In this document: piece by piece, positions 52,285 to 64,000 of the stretch
How positions within the stretch are numbered: position 1 is the stretch's first letter
Layout of the letters: each line of letters starts with the position of its first letter
Assembly: GCA_028534125.1 (NCBI GenBank)
Contig: CM052817.1
Coordinates: 66,280,001-66,344,000 of the forward strand
DNA length: 64,000 nt
Direction of reading: 5' to 3'
DNA from: Lama glama
Lineage: Eukaryota
Notes under the pieces: model-generated
Told to the model about the DNA's origin: nothing
Seen by the model: the letters and a program-made list of their open reading frames with translations, nothing else
Databases searched by the model: none
Made by a program: the position numbers and the translations under genes

Positions 52285-55200
52285 GTTCCCTCCTTTTGGT
52301 CATTCTCTGAGCAGGCTGTCACTCTCGGCACCACTGCTAGGACAGGTGGTCATATAGCATTATAATTAAGGGATATTCTCCAAATTGTGAAAATGTTGAG
52401 AGTCATTACTCAGTGGCACGCAACTCCCTTCCATATGACTTGCAAACTGTACTTATATTAGGTAATTCAAATCTGTCTATTAAAATGATTGTTAATTAAA
52501 ATATTCGAGAGGATGAGGAGAGAGGAAATAGAGATTAATGCTAAAATCTGGTGCTACTGCAGGTTTAACGTTTGAGGCATTGGCACTTGGAAACAGCCAA
52601 GAGTCAGGACAAGGTTAATTGTCTTGTATGTGGGACTCAGCAAACAAGAACACCAAATCTCTTCTGAAATCAATTTCATATATGATACTAAAAAATCAAA
52701 GTAACCAGGAAAAATCAGAAACTTGTTGCAATTCCGAAGACTTTTTTATGGTTTAGTACTGGTCAATGGCTTAAATGTATATGGGGTGGGTTCTCGTTAC
52801 AGTAGTTAGGGTCTGTAAAGGTCTTAAAGTAGCCTTTTGTGTCATCACACCATATGACTGAAATGATTCTTTGGAGGCAGAGAATATAGAATAATGACTG
52901 GATGAGGAGAATATGGGCTGTTGTGAATAATTCTAAGCTGATGGCTGGGATGTTTACTTAAGCATAAATCACTGATTATTGATCACAGCATATAGCTCTC
53001 TACCAAAGATCAATGCTCTTTTGCTATGGGTCTCACTCCTCATTTCTGGAATGGAAAAGAGAAATGTATCTGAAAGTAAGATTTTGTAAATATCTAATTG
53101 AATAAACCCTGAAGTTTCTCTCCTTCAGAACTGAGTGAAGTGGGAGGACATCTCTCATCTGGATTAGATTTATTTGACTACTCCATTACCATTTAACACT
53201 CTCCTAAGACCCCTCTTCTTCAGCATCAGAGGATAATCTAACCTGGAAGACAGAGCCAGAGAGGGTTGTCTTACATTATTTTAGAGAAACAACTATCTTT
53301 CCTAATTACATACTCGAAACACAAAGCATTCCTCTTTATTAATTATATGCATGAAATCTAATTTTATGTATGCAAATATTAAATTTTTCCCATCTGAACG
53401 GTAGTTGGTCTGTGCATAGTATGCACAGTCTGCTACAATTGTTAAACAATTGTTAAATAATTGTAGATATCTATGTCTCTTTTAGAAGAAAAAGAAAGTT
53501 TAAGAGACGAGGTATTTTGAAGCAGGATTCTAAGGAAGAACAGATTCTTTAGGTTAGAAGAGAAGGAGTTGGATTCAGTTTTCCTGTTTCCTTCCTCTTT
53601 CCTATTATGTAGGAAGCCAAAAATCAAGGAACAAGTCATAGCATAAATAACCATTTTAAATGATGAAAGGAGTGTGTGCTAGGAGAAACAGGCTTGCTTC
53701 AGAAGATCTAGATTTTGAATAGCTGGTGAAACACTCAATGAATGTTTAAGGGTTAATAAGTAATGACAGAAATGGAATCAACTAATTTTATTTTAATTTG
53801 TACCCTGGCAGATGATTCACATACATTTTGGAGGAAGCGAATCAGCTTAGCAATCCCCTGGGTTCCTCTTTATTTTCACTCCTTGGAACAGCTGCTGAGT
53901 GGAAGTCAGGAAGCATAGAAGCCTTGCTTGCTGGAGAGAGTGTTCTCTTATCACTGCATCCTAACCCCACCAGGATTTAGAAAGAATAAATTTAAAAGAG
54001 CTTAAATGGAGATTTAAAGAGTTGATAGAGCAAAGCCAATTAAGGTGAATGGACTTTCCTCTGTCAATGATGTTGGTGATTGTTTATTTCATAATGGAAC
54101 TGAGCCCTAGCATGGCAATACCAGAGCGCCAGATCCTTACGTTGTGGGTAAGAGAGTACTGAGGTCTCAGTCTCTAGCTGTTAGCAGATCTTTGGCACTC
54201 CTCAAGTGAAAGCACAGCTTCTTAACATTTTGAAAAAATACTGGTATATAACTCACTCATTCAATAAACATTTGTGGGTATTTCCTATATGCCAGGTAAA
54301 CCAGTTTTCTCTAATAAAGGATCAGGAAAGAATAACTGAGATTAATATATCTCCAAATATGGCAACATACATTGTTCCTTCTGTCTAATTTTGAGGAATG
54401 TCTCCAGTTGGGCTTTTCAAAATATGTACAATTGATGTTTGCCCAATTAAATAATAAAGAGAGGACAGTTTTCTCAATTCTGATATAACATAGGAATCTC
54501 TAAGCCTCAGGTTTTTCAAGTATCCATTATTGATTGAATATGATTGTGATTTTTATCTAAGAAACTGAAAAATTCGCTGAATAAGTGAGTGTCCCAGAAA
54601 TGGATGCTCTGTAGTTGGTTCACAAAGTAAGATTAATGACACCATGTCGTTAGTGATGACAAGGCCATGTTGAACAGTCATGGGAGATTAGGTTGTGACC
54701 ATCTGTTTTTCATGTTATGTCTTAATAAACACCACCACCTATACTGAGGTGTTATTACAGCCTGCCTCCTGGGTATTTGTAAATCAGGGCACTTGGGCAC
54801 AAGGACAGAATTGTTGCATCTCCTTGAGTTACCACATGGGATGTTTTGGCCTATATTAAGACCGTGGTCCCATTTTAAAGTTTTGGTTTTGTTTTTAATT
54901 GCAAAAAACATTTGGTGAAGGGATACTAGGAATAGAAGGACAGGATGAAGAGAATGCTTAGAAGAAAACAGGTGAGAATTCAGAAAAAGTAAGGCAGAGA
55001 AAAAGATCTCCAATCTTTGATAAGGAATTAAATATAGAAAATCCTGCTTATGTATTATACTTAATGTGAGTGCCATAATAAAAATAATAAGGAATTTTTA
55101 TAATTATTTTCTAGTGAAGACTATCCACCCATGATGAGCAATAGATTTATGTATATATGTATATATAAATATAATATCACCATTTCATGTATTCATTCAA

Positions 55201-56006
55201 TAAATGTTTAAGGGAACCTACTGTATACCAAGCAAACCACTTCTCTTTAATAAGAGATACCCGATCTTCTTTGATAAGAGATCAAGAAAAAAGAAGTTTT
55301 ATATGAGTGTGTGTATGTATGTATATGTATATATATGTGCTCCTCAGCCCTTCATTGATATCATATGGTTTTGTTTTGTTTCTTTTTAGTACAGACAGCA
55401 TTATGACAGCTTTGATTAGCTGCAGATTAGAAGGGAAAAGCTCAGGGAAGAAAATGAAGGATACTATTAAGAGTGAGAGTAGTAAGTGAGAGCAAATAGA
55501 GTGACAAGAGGAACAGAAAATGATTAAAATAGGCATAATAAAAAGAGATCAATCCTGACCCATTTAGTGTAGAGGTAACGATCTTGCCTACCTCAAGCGC
55601 AGTAGTATTCTTTCAGTGCTATGTTATAATTGCCGCTTTTAATAATGAATTTAAGCTACCACAAGGGGTGTAAGGTTTATTCGTTTTCTGAGGCAGGAAA
55701 TGTGTAATCATTTTAGCAGTATTTCCAACTAAAATTGTGGAGAAAAATTAAAAGCTTGACTCAGAAATTATTTGTAAAATTTGCTTTTTAAGAAAATCTT
55801 ATGCAAGATAGGTGAGTTTTTAATCATTAAAGCAAACTCAAAAACTGTCTTTTTGTAGCCTGTCATTCTTCCAGATTAAATGACTTTTAGACGCCATGAA
55901 TTCAGACTTGATGTTGCTAGCACACATCTACTCACATAGGGTAAATATAAGACAGGTCTCCCCTTGGAGCTTGTTTTAGGAAAAATCTATGCTTGTGAGA
56001 TCCTTG

Positions 56007-56499
56007 TGTGGACAAAAAATGTTGGCTGCCATTTCAGTAAACAAAGACTGTTGCATGCCATCAAGCCATCAGCCACTGTTGATGCCCCGACAGTGTGCCC
56101 TGAGGGAAATTAGGGATGGAGAAAAACAGGATACTGGTCCTAGATATTAAGATACATATCAAAGGAATGATTTTAATGAGCCCAGACTCTTCCATCTTCC
56201 CATACAAAGAAAAGTACTAAAATCATTAACTTGAGATGTCCCATTTTTTGTGATTAGCAAATATCTTTTAATGTTTGACTACCTGTTTGTCCTCCACCCC
56301 CTACTCCACCTCCCCACCACCCCGCCGCCAGCAAAATCTCTTGTATATCCAGGCTCTTCCCTTACTTCAGAACAGTTCCTTAGAGCTGCGTGAGAGGCTG
56401 TCTCCTGGGCTATAGTTTTCAGTAACGTTCCCTAATAAAACATAATTCTCCCTTTTAAGTTGTGTGTGTGTGTGTGTGTGTTTTTTTTTTCAGTTGACA
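56007..56499 (+). mobile_element. Solo ERV1 LTR (cetartiodactyl MER41-like group)
   Basis: TG...CA ends, AATAAA at ~56434, TSD cttg/ctgg; related to 63009-63453. Confidence 0.75.
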
Positions 56500-57289
56500 C
56501 TGGATTTGGATATGATGCATTTTCACGCAAGTGACCAAATGCCATTGACCACTTTCTGTTCTAGGAGTCAAATGGGGAGTGCAGAGCAAAGCCAGTGAGA
56601 AATGGACGTTTTGCTCTATGACTATCTATATTTACAGATATCCTGTATTCCTTGCAAGTCATCTAGCTTTTAGCCACTTCACATTTACACACCTCCCTGT
56701 CATTTTTCTTCTCAATATCTTATAGCCTTTGCTTTAACTTGTTACAGTTGCTCTTAAAATGCTTAAAGTCCATCGTTTTAAAGGACACTGAAGTAACTCG
56801 TGTCCCAATAAGAAAATGCTAAATTCTTTGCTGCATTTCTGGACCTTGCTTTCCACATTTCTTTATAGTCAACAAAACAGAGCCTAGAGCATAAGGCTCA
56901 TTCAGGGTTTTGAGAGAATGAGGTTTCCTTCCTGATTAACAGTTGACTAATTATGAGTTGCTGTTATGCCTGGAGGGAAATAGCCACTGTTTTGGCTTTT
57001 ATAAACTCTGCAGTGTCTAGGTGTCTTTTGAAAAACCTCATCCAAATTCCAGTGAGATCTCCTCCTGTATTAGTCACTGCCCAGATTTTTCAAGTGGGAA
57101 AAGGCAAAAGCAAAACCAAACCAACCAACTGGAAAAAAATTCAGTGGGTGCCTTGAGGCTTTGAGATAAGCTAGAAATAGATCCACACCCTGCTATCCCT
57201 GGACATGATACACAGGAAAAAAATGGAACAATTGAAAATATTTGAGTCTGTTTCCTTTGAAAATTCAGTTTATATTCAGAGTTCACAAG

Positions 57290-57560
57290 GCTCGATAAGT
57301 ACCGGGAAGTTCTGTGTGTGCGTGTGTTTTCTCTCTTTTTCTATGTAGTTTCCTAAAGAGCTCTGGAAGTAAGCTAGCTTCCTTTGTTGTTTGTGTTGTC
57401 ACTACTGCTTTCTTGGAAAGAAAAGCCACGGGTCCTTTTGTGACACTGGTAGCCACGTCACTGGCATTTACAAAGAGCTTCTGCAAAGACATTGGCAGCG
57501 CCTCATCTGAAAATCTGACTTTGGTGCTGATGGTGGTGCTGTCGAGGCCTACGGAATGAC
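57290..57560. promoter_or_regulatory. Candidate enhancer or regulatory element
   Basis: 8 CpGs in ~265 bp of unique sequence; TTCTTGGAA (57410), CCACGTCA (57453), GGAAGT x2, GATAAG, GGAATG. Confidence 0.35.
57349..57368 (+). other. Candidate 20-nt micro-exon
   Basis: ttttctctctttttctatgtag|TTTCCTAAAGAGCTCTGGAA|gtaagc. Confidence 0.3.
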
Positions 57561-57819
57561 CTCCAGTCTTTGCTAAGGTTTTAGCACCTGCTGTTGATTA
57601 TTTTCACCCTTTTCTACTAGAATATAATTCATGGTACTTGTAGAGCGCTAGAATATTAAACCTCTCTCAAAAGACAGAAAGAGACATAATTCTATAAAAA
57701 ATAGTTCTCAAATTCAAAATGCCCGGAAAGCCTACTTGTCATTATCCTTATGAAGTTATTTCAATAAACAAAACTCATTGTGCTTTCCTGTGGATAATTC
57801 AAAGTACCTCATGTGTGGT

Positions 57820-59874
57820 ATTTTTTTTAACATTTTTTATTGATTTATAATAATTTTACAATGTTGTGTCAAATTCCAGTGTAGAGCAGAATTTTTCAGT
57901 TATACATGAACATATACATATTCACTGACACATTTTTTCTCTATGAGCTACCATAAGATCTTGTATGTATTTCCCTGCACTATACAGTATAATCTTGTTT
58001 ATCTATTCTACATTTTGAAATCCCAGTCTATCCCTTCCCATCCCCCCGCCCCCTTGGCAACACAAGTTTGTATTCTATGTCTATGAATCTATTTCTGTTT
58101 TGTATTTATGTTTTGTTTGTTTGTAATTTTAGATTCCACATATGAGCAATCTCATATGATATTTTTCTTTCTCTTTCTGGCTTACTTCACTTAGAATGAC
58201 ATTCTCCAGGAGCATCCATGTTGCTGCAAATGGTGTTATGTTGTTGGTTTTTATGGCTGAATAGTATTCATTGTATAAATATACCATACCTTCTTTATCC
58301 AGTCATCTGTTGATGGACATTTAGGCTNNNNNNNNNNNNNNNNNNNNNNNNNNNNNNNNNNNNNNNNNNNNNNNNNNNNNNNNNNNNNNNNNNNNNNNNN
58401 NNNNNNNNNNNNNNNNNNNNNNNNNNNATTGTAAATAGTGCTGCTATGAACATTGGGGTGCAGGTGTCATTTTGAAGTAGGGTTCCTTCTGGATATATGC
58501 CCAGGAGCGGGATTCCTGGGTCCGATGGTAAGTCTATTCCTAGTCTTTTGAGGAATCTCCATACTGTTTTCCACAGTGGCTGTACCAAACTACATTCCCA
58601 CCAGCAGTGTAGGAGGGTTCCCCTTTCTTCACAGCCTCTCCAGCATTTATCATTTGTGGACTTCTGAATGATGGCCATTCTGACTGGTGTGACGTGATAC
58701 CTCATTGTAGTTTTGATTTGCATTTTTCTGATAATTAGTGATATTGAGCATTTTTTCATGTACCTGTTGATTGTTTGTATGGCTTCCTTGGAGATTTGCT
58801 TGTTTAGGTCTTCTGCCCATTTTTGGATTGGGTTTTTTTTTTTTCTTCTTATTAAGTCGTATGAGCTTCTTGTGTATTCTGGAAATAAAGCCTTTGTCAG
58901 CTTCATTTGCAAAAATTTTCTCCCATTCTGTAGGTTGTCATTTTGTTTTGCTTATGGGTTCCTTTGCTGTGCAGAAGCTTGTAAGTTTCATTAGGTCCCA
59001 TTTATTTATTCCTGCTATTATTTCTGTTGCTTGGGTAGACTGTTCTAGGAGAACATTTTTGAGATGTATGTCAGATAATGTTTTACCTATGTTTTCTTCT
59101 AGGAAGTTTATTGTATCTTGCCTTATGTTTAAGTCTTTGATCCATTTTGAGTTGATTTTTGTGTGTGGTGTAAGGGAGTATTCTACCTTCATTGCTTTAC
59201 ATGCTGCTGTCCAATTTTCCCAACACTATTTGCTGAAGAGATTGTCTTTATTCCATTGTATATTCTTGCCTCCTTTGTCGAAGATTAGTTGACCAAAAGT
59301 TTGTGGGTTCATTTCTGGGCTCTCTATTCTGTTGCATTGGTCCATATGTCTGTTTTTGTACCAATGCCATGCTGTCTTGATGACTGTAGCTCTATAGTGT
59401 CTGAAGTCTGGGAGAGCTATTCCTCCAGCCTCTTTCTTTCTCTTCAGTAATGCTTTGGCAATTCTAGGTCTTTGAGGGTTCCATATAAATTCTGTTATGA
59501 TTTATTCTAATTCTGTGAAATATGTCCTTGGTCATTTGATAGGGATTGCATTAAATCTGTAGATTGCCTTGGGCAATGTGACCATTTTAACAATATTGAT
59601 TCTTCCAATCCAAGAGCATGGGATATCTTTCCATTTTTTAAAATCTTTAATTTCCTTCATCAATGGTTTATAGTTTTCTGTGTATAATTCTTTCACCTCT
59701 TTGGTTAGATTTATTCCTATGTATTGTATTACTTTGGGTGCTATTTTAAGGGGGATTGTTTCTTTATTTTCTTTTTCTGTTGATTCATCATTAGTGTAAA
59801 GAAATGCAACTGATTTTTGAACATTAATCTTGTAACCTGCTACCTTGCTGAATTCTTCAATCAGCTCTAGTAGT
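57820..59874 (-). mobile_element. 5'-truncated L1 (~2 kb) spanning an assembly gap
   Basis: ORF2 C-terminal fragments ([31 protein letters not shown]); collinear with the L1 at 30251. Confidence 0.97.
58328..58427. other. Assembly gap (100 N)
   Basis: Run of N. Confidence 1.
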
Positions 59875-60661
59875 GTTCTATGGAATAACAAATGAGAGCT
59901 GCAATTCCAGTTTTATTTTAAAATTATTGGGATTTTTTAGAAATATTTGTGTTGTGTTGATTACCAAAAACTAGAAGACATCTTGATTATTTTCATGACA
60001 CCAATTTGTAATTAAATGCCCCAAGTTTTATTTTTTGACACATTGTGTGGTTTTTAGTTCTGAAGCATTAGCAAGATAGGATTCAATAGCAAGTCATAAA
60101 AACAGGCCATTTAATAACTATTTCAAATAAACTATTTACTTTCAAAAATGATTGGCCCTGAAATGTTTTCCTTTGAATCTTATAAATATAAAAGTTAGGT
60201 AGAACTTTATATTAAAAAAGTGAGCAGAAGTAAACCAATAGTGATGAAAATTATTAAAAATAAAACACTTGGCTTTATGGTGGTGTTAAAGATTTTAGAG
60301 CATATCCTTAGTTCTGAGACAATTATTTATTGAAACAATGATAACTGTCATCAAGTATTTAAGTAGGTATTATGTGTATGGCTTGTAATAGAAACTTTAT
60401 ATCTATGCCTCCGAGCTCACTTTGTAGCAGAAATAACAAGTTCAAGATCACCACTGTTTTCTCCTAAATGTTATAATGAGCCCAGTCCTATAGACTGTTA
60501 AGGGTTATACAAATAAATAGCTCTGTGGTGAAATCAACTTTGCAAATACTGTGCAAAATTTAAACTTGTCCTTTAATATAAAGCTTCTCAGTTCTATTTA
60601 TGTGTTAATGTGAACTCTGGGTCTACAACAGAATGATCATTTATCAGATTTGTTTGACAAT

Positions 60662-61281
60662 TGTATTAGAGTTCTCCAGAGAAATAGAATTGATTGGAGG
60701 TATCTATCTATCTACCTGTCTGTCTATCAGTCAGTTTATTATAAGAGATCGGCGCACATGAATATGGAGACTGGGGAGTCCCACAATCTGCTGTGTGCAA
60801 GTTGGAAGCCAAGGAAAGCTGATGATGTAGTTCCAGTCCAAACCCAAAGGCCTGAGAACCAGGGGAGTCAACAGGGGAATCATTAAAAATAACTGTGCAG
60901 TATCCCAGGGCCCACAAACCAGAGGACCTATGGTATATGGTTACCAGGGGGACGGGAGCTGGGAAGGGATAAACAATTGTCTTAATCTGAAGACCTGAGA
61001 ACCAGGAGTACCAATGTCTAAAGACAGGAGAAGGTGGATGTTCCAGCTCAACTAGAGAGCAAATCTGCTCTTGCTGTACCATTTTGTCCTACTTGACCTC
61101 TCATTGGATTAGATGATGCTCACCTGCATTGGTGATTGGAGATCTTATTTACTCAGTCTACTGATTCAAATGCTGATCTCTTTCTAAAACACCCTCACAG
61201 ACATTCCCAGAAATAATGCATTACCAGCTATCTGGCATCTCTCAGCCCAGTCAAAGGTGACACATAAAATTAACCATCACA
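60662..61281 (-). mobile_element. MLT2 (ERVL) solo LTR
   Basis: 'tgtattagagttctccagagaaa'...'gacacataaaattaaccatcaca', classic MLT2 termini. Confidence 0.9.
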
Positions 61282-61400
61282 ACCTTGGAACTCTTTTTTC
61301 ATGACATATTCATGGAATTCCATGGATGTTCTTGTTGGCTGCTGGCATATACTATATACATTACTATAATTATATATGTGTGTGTGTGCGTGTGTACACA

Positions 61401-61619
61401 CAGTTGATCCTTGAACAATGCAGAGGTTAGGGGTACCAACCCTCACACAGTCTAAAATCTGAGTATAACTTTATAGTCAACCCTCTGTATCTTCACTTCT
61501 ACATCTGTGGATTCAACCAACTGTGGAATGTGCAGTGCTGTGGTATGTGTTTATTGAAAAAAAATTCACATGTAACTGGACCTGTGCAGTTCAAACCTGG
61601 CTTGTTCAGGGGTCAGCTG
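61401..61619. mobile_element. Tigger2-derived MITE (MER8/MER28-like)
   Basis: TIRs cagttgatccttgaacaa / ttgttcaggggtcagctg, followed by TA. Confidence 0.85.
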
Positions 61620-61859
61620 TATGAAGGAGCTAAACTTTGCCATGATAATGATAAAAGTATTTCAATTATGACATTTTTAGATAACTAAATTAAAAAATGT
61701 ATAGCTTCTCCATTTTAATAGGATATTGTTATGATACTTTATCTCATAAGATGTCTTTTCTTTCAGCAATTGTTGATCACTTATTTAAGCTTAGACTATT
61801 TAAACTTGACCTAGTTGTCAAAGTACATTCTTCTATAAGTTAAAAGTATAACTCTTGTT

Positions 61860-62457
61860 GACTGTTAATTACTCTAAAATCCAAAGAATAATGTACTGAG
61901 CTAGCAAAGATCTATTGCAGTCAGGGAGAATACCAGCTTGACTGGGTCTTAGTGAGAAAGGAGACCATCTATTCCAACAAGGCATAGTTTTTAACACTAA
62001 GAACTGGGATAACCTGTGCCAACCTGACTTCGTCCCAATAAATATTTGCTCCAGAAAGATAAGATTGCAAACCAATAAATATTTTCACTGTTTGCTTCAG
62101 GAAATTCACATAAATCAGTTTTCCTGAGATAACAATCTGCTTATCTGGGTAAACAGCTCACTTACCAAATAGCAATTTACTTATGAAGACTGACTTCAAA
62201 ACCTTCATCTCACTGCATCTACCAACCTCAAACTATTATGAACCATGTCCATTCTCAGTATTTCCTTCTCCCTAGAAAAATTTGAATGGTCCATCTTAAA
62301 CTAGTTGAACTCAGAAGCCATAATTCTATAAATTATAAATCTCCCCAGCTCCTCCCTTTTGAGAGGAGGTCACATGGTATACTGCTTTACTGTAGTGAGT
62401 TCTAATAACTTAAGCTTTATTAATTCATTGCTTGGTGATACTTTAGAGAATTCAACA
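61860..62457 (+). mobile_element. Probable ancient ERV1 LTR (family uncertain)
   Basis: TATA-like ctataaa, degenerate polyA signal, ends ...tcaaca. Confidence 0.45.
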
Positions 62458-63008
62458 CTGGGTTCTTAAAATAGGGGAAATTAAGAATATTTTTAGGATT
62501 TTAGATTTTGAGTAGGGTGATTTTTAGGGATTGGGCAGAGTTTACATGTAATAATTTTGGATTGGTGAGGATAGCAAAGCAAGGGTTTTGAAACAAATCT
62601 TGACCAGCAAACTCTTAGTCCTAATACATATGCTCTTTTCGTTGGCTTATAGTCTTATCTTTTAAGAGCAAATACATTTCATTGAGCAGGCAGGTAACTT
62701 TTTTTTTAAACTTGGTTCCAGTGTTGTTTAATATAGGGACAGAAAAGTATGCCTCATCCTTTTAAGTATTCAACAAAAGGACTGAAAGTTTGGTTTAAAT
62801 GTCTAAAATGGTTTCAGTTCTCATTGTCATGCAGATAGAGAATGAACATGTATTTGTTCATTGAAATAACCCATTGCAAGAGCATTTAAATATGATTAAA
62901 TTAAAAGAAGATAGCAAGGTTAACTGTAAAAAATTGCTGTTGCCCTACAGGACAGTAACACTAACCTTTGCAGTTATCTTTCCTACTAAACAGAAATCAT
63001 GTAACTTC

Positions 63009-63453
63009 TGTCATCTGAGAGAACACAATGTAAGAGCTGAGAACTGAGTTTCATTCAGTGTCTTACTGGGAACTATAGTGCAGGAGACATCCTCTCAGAT
63101 AGCTCTGAGGAGCTGCTCTGGAGACGGGGGTTGGGGGGCAGTATCTACATGACTTTGGTTAAGGAGTACGTGCCATCCAGCACTAGGTTTTTGCTAATCA
63201 GAGGAACAGATATCTCAGTTAATGACTTTAATTAATGATTTTTTTCTAAGTATGGTAGGATGCGAGAATCTGGGTTCATAAAAAAAATTTTTTTGAAATA
63301 TCCCTACGTAAGGGCCTGTTGTTTGCCCAGAGCACAGTGTCTCATCTTGATCTCTGCCCTGAATTCTTTTTGGGTGACTGTAGGTCAGTGACTGTAGTGA
63401 CTGATGACCGAATTCTTGCAGAACTGGATGTCAGCAACATTCTTTGTTTTACA
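63009..63453 (-). mobile_element. Solo ERV1 LTR (cetartiodactyl MER41-like group)
   Basis: TG...CA ends with perfect 4-bp TSD CTTC (63005-63008, 63454-63457). Confidence 0.85.
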
Positions 63454-64000
63454 CTTCACAATAACTGAATTTTTGTCCACATATAAATAGCAAGTTAAAC
63501 AAAGATACATTAACCCAGATAACTAAATAGTCTTCAGTTGGGCCTTTAAAAAAAGTGTTCCAGTAGGACAGTAAAAGATGGTATGCCACCATCTACTTGA
63601 CTTATTTCAAGTTTTAGATAATTTTAAAAATACTGATGATGTGTCATTACAAAAGAAATAAATTCACTCATTTAACTATCTACTCCGAAAAGTCAAGGGC
63701 TCTGTCTCATTACATTACATTAGGCTCCTGCACATAGTACATACTCAAGACATTCCGGCTGAATTGGCTTCCCTTCAGTCTCTAAAATTTTACATCCTAT
63801 GTATTCAGATGTAGCCCTGCTGATTCTGAGGTTTGTGATTCAAGGTAGTTATTACACTGTCTCATTTCATGCTTTGCTTTTCCTCTTCCCAGTGACTGCC
63901 GTTACATTATAGTTAATCAGAATGCTTTGGCATAAGTAAGTGAAAGAGAGATGAATGAATACAAATGATGCCTAAATGAAGTAATTTTCATAATTTCACC

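Noticed and set aside
57283..57559. Overlapping 69-aa and 81-aa ORFs as a protein-coding gene
   Set aside because: No recognisable homology; better explained as regulatory or micro-exon context
63865..63941. Possible 43-nt exon (ttcccag|...cataa|gtaagt)
   Set aside because: The donor lies in L2 3'-end-like sequence that commonly contains gtaagtg; no other support

Overview
Mammalian genomic DNA, AT-rich and repeat-dense. It is most likely camelid, inferred from tRNA-Ala-derived SINEs resembling Vic-1 and from the L1 3' ends. I found no intact protein-coding gene, RNA gene or CRISPR array; the ORF track is almost all L1 ORF2 debris or chance ORFs. The window holds two 5'-truncated young L1s (2-2.6 kb), short L1 stubs and SINEs with target-site duplications (TSDs), and many ancient L2, MIR and L1M fragments. 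It also holds DNA-transposon fossils (MER45, MER20, MER63, Tigger2-type) and about 10 LTR elements. The best-structured object is an internally deleted class I ERV provirus on the minus strand (44535-~47800): two LTRs, a tRNA-Leu primer-binding site (PBS), a polypurine tract (PPT) and a decayed env TM immunosuppressive domain. Two + strand candidate exons (74 nt at 27575; 20 nt at 57349, inside a CpG- and motif-rich unique segment) suggest the window may be intronic to a + strand gene or lncRNA. Repeat family names come from my recall of consensus sequences, not from a database search. I cannot support a novel biological system here.
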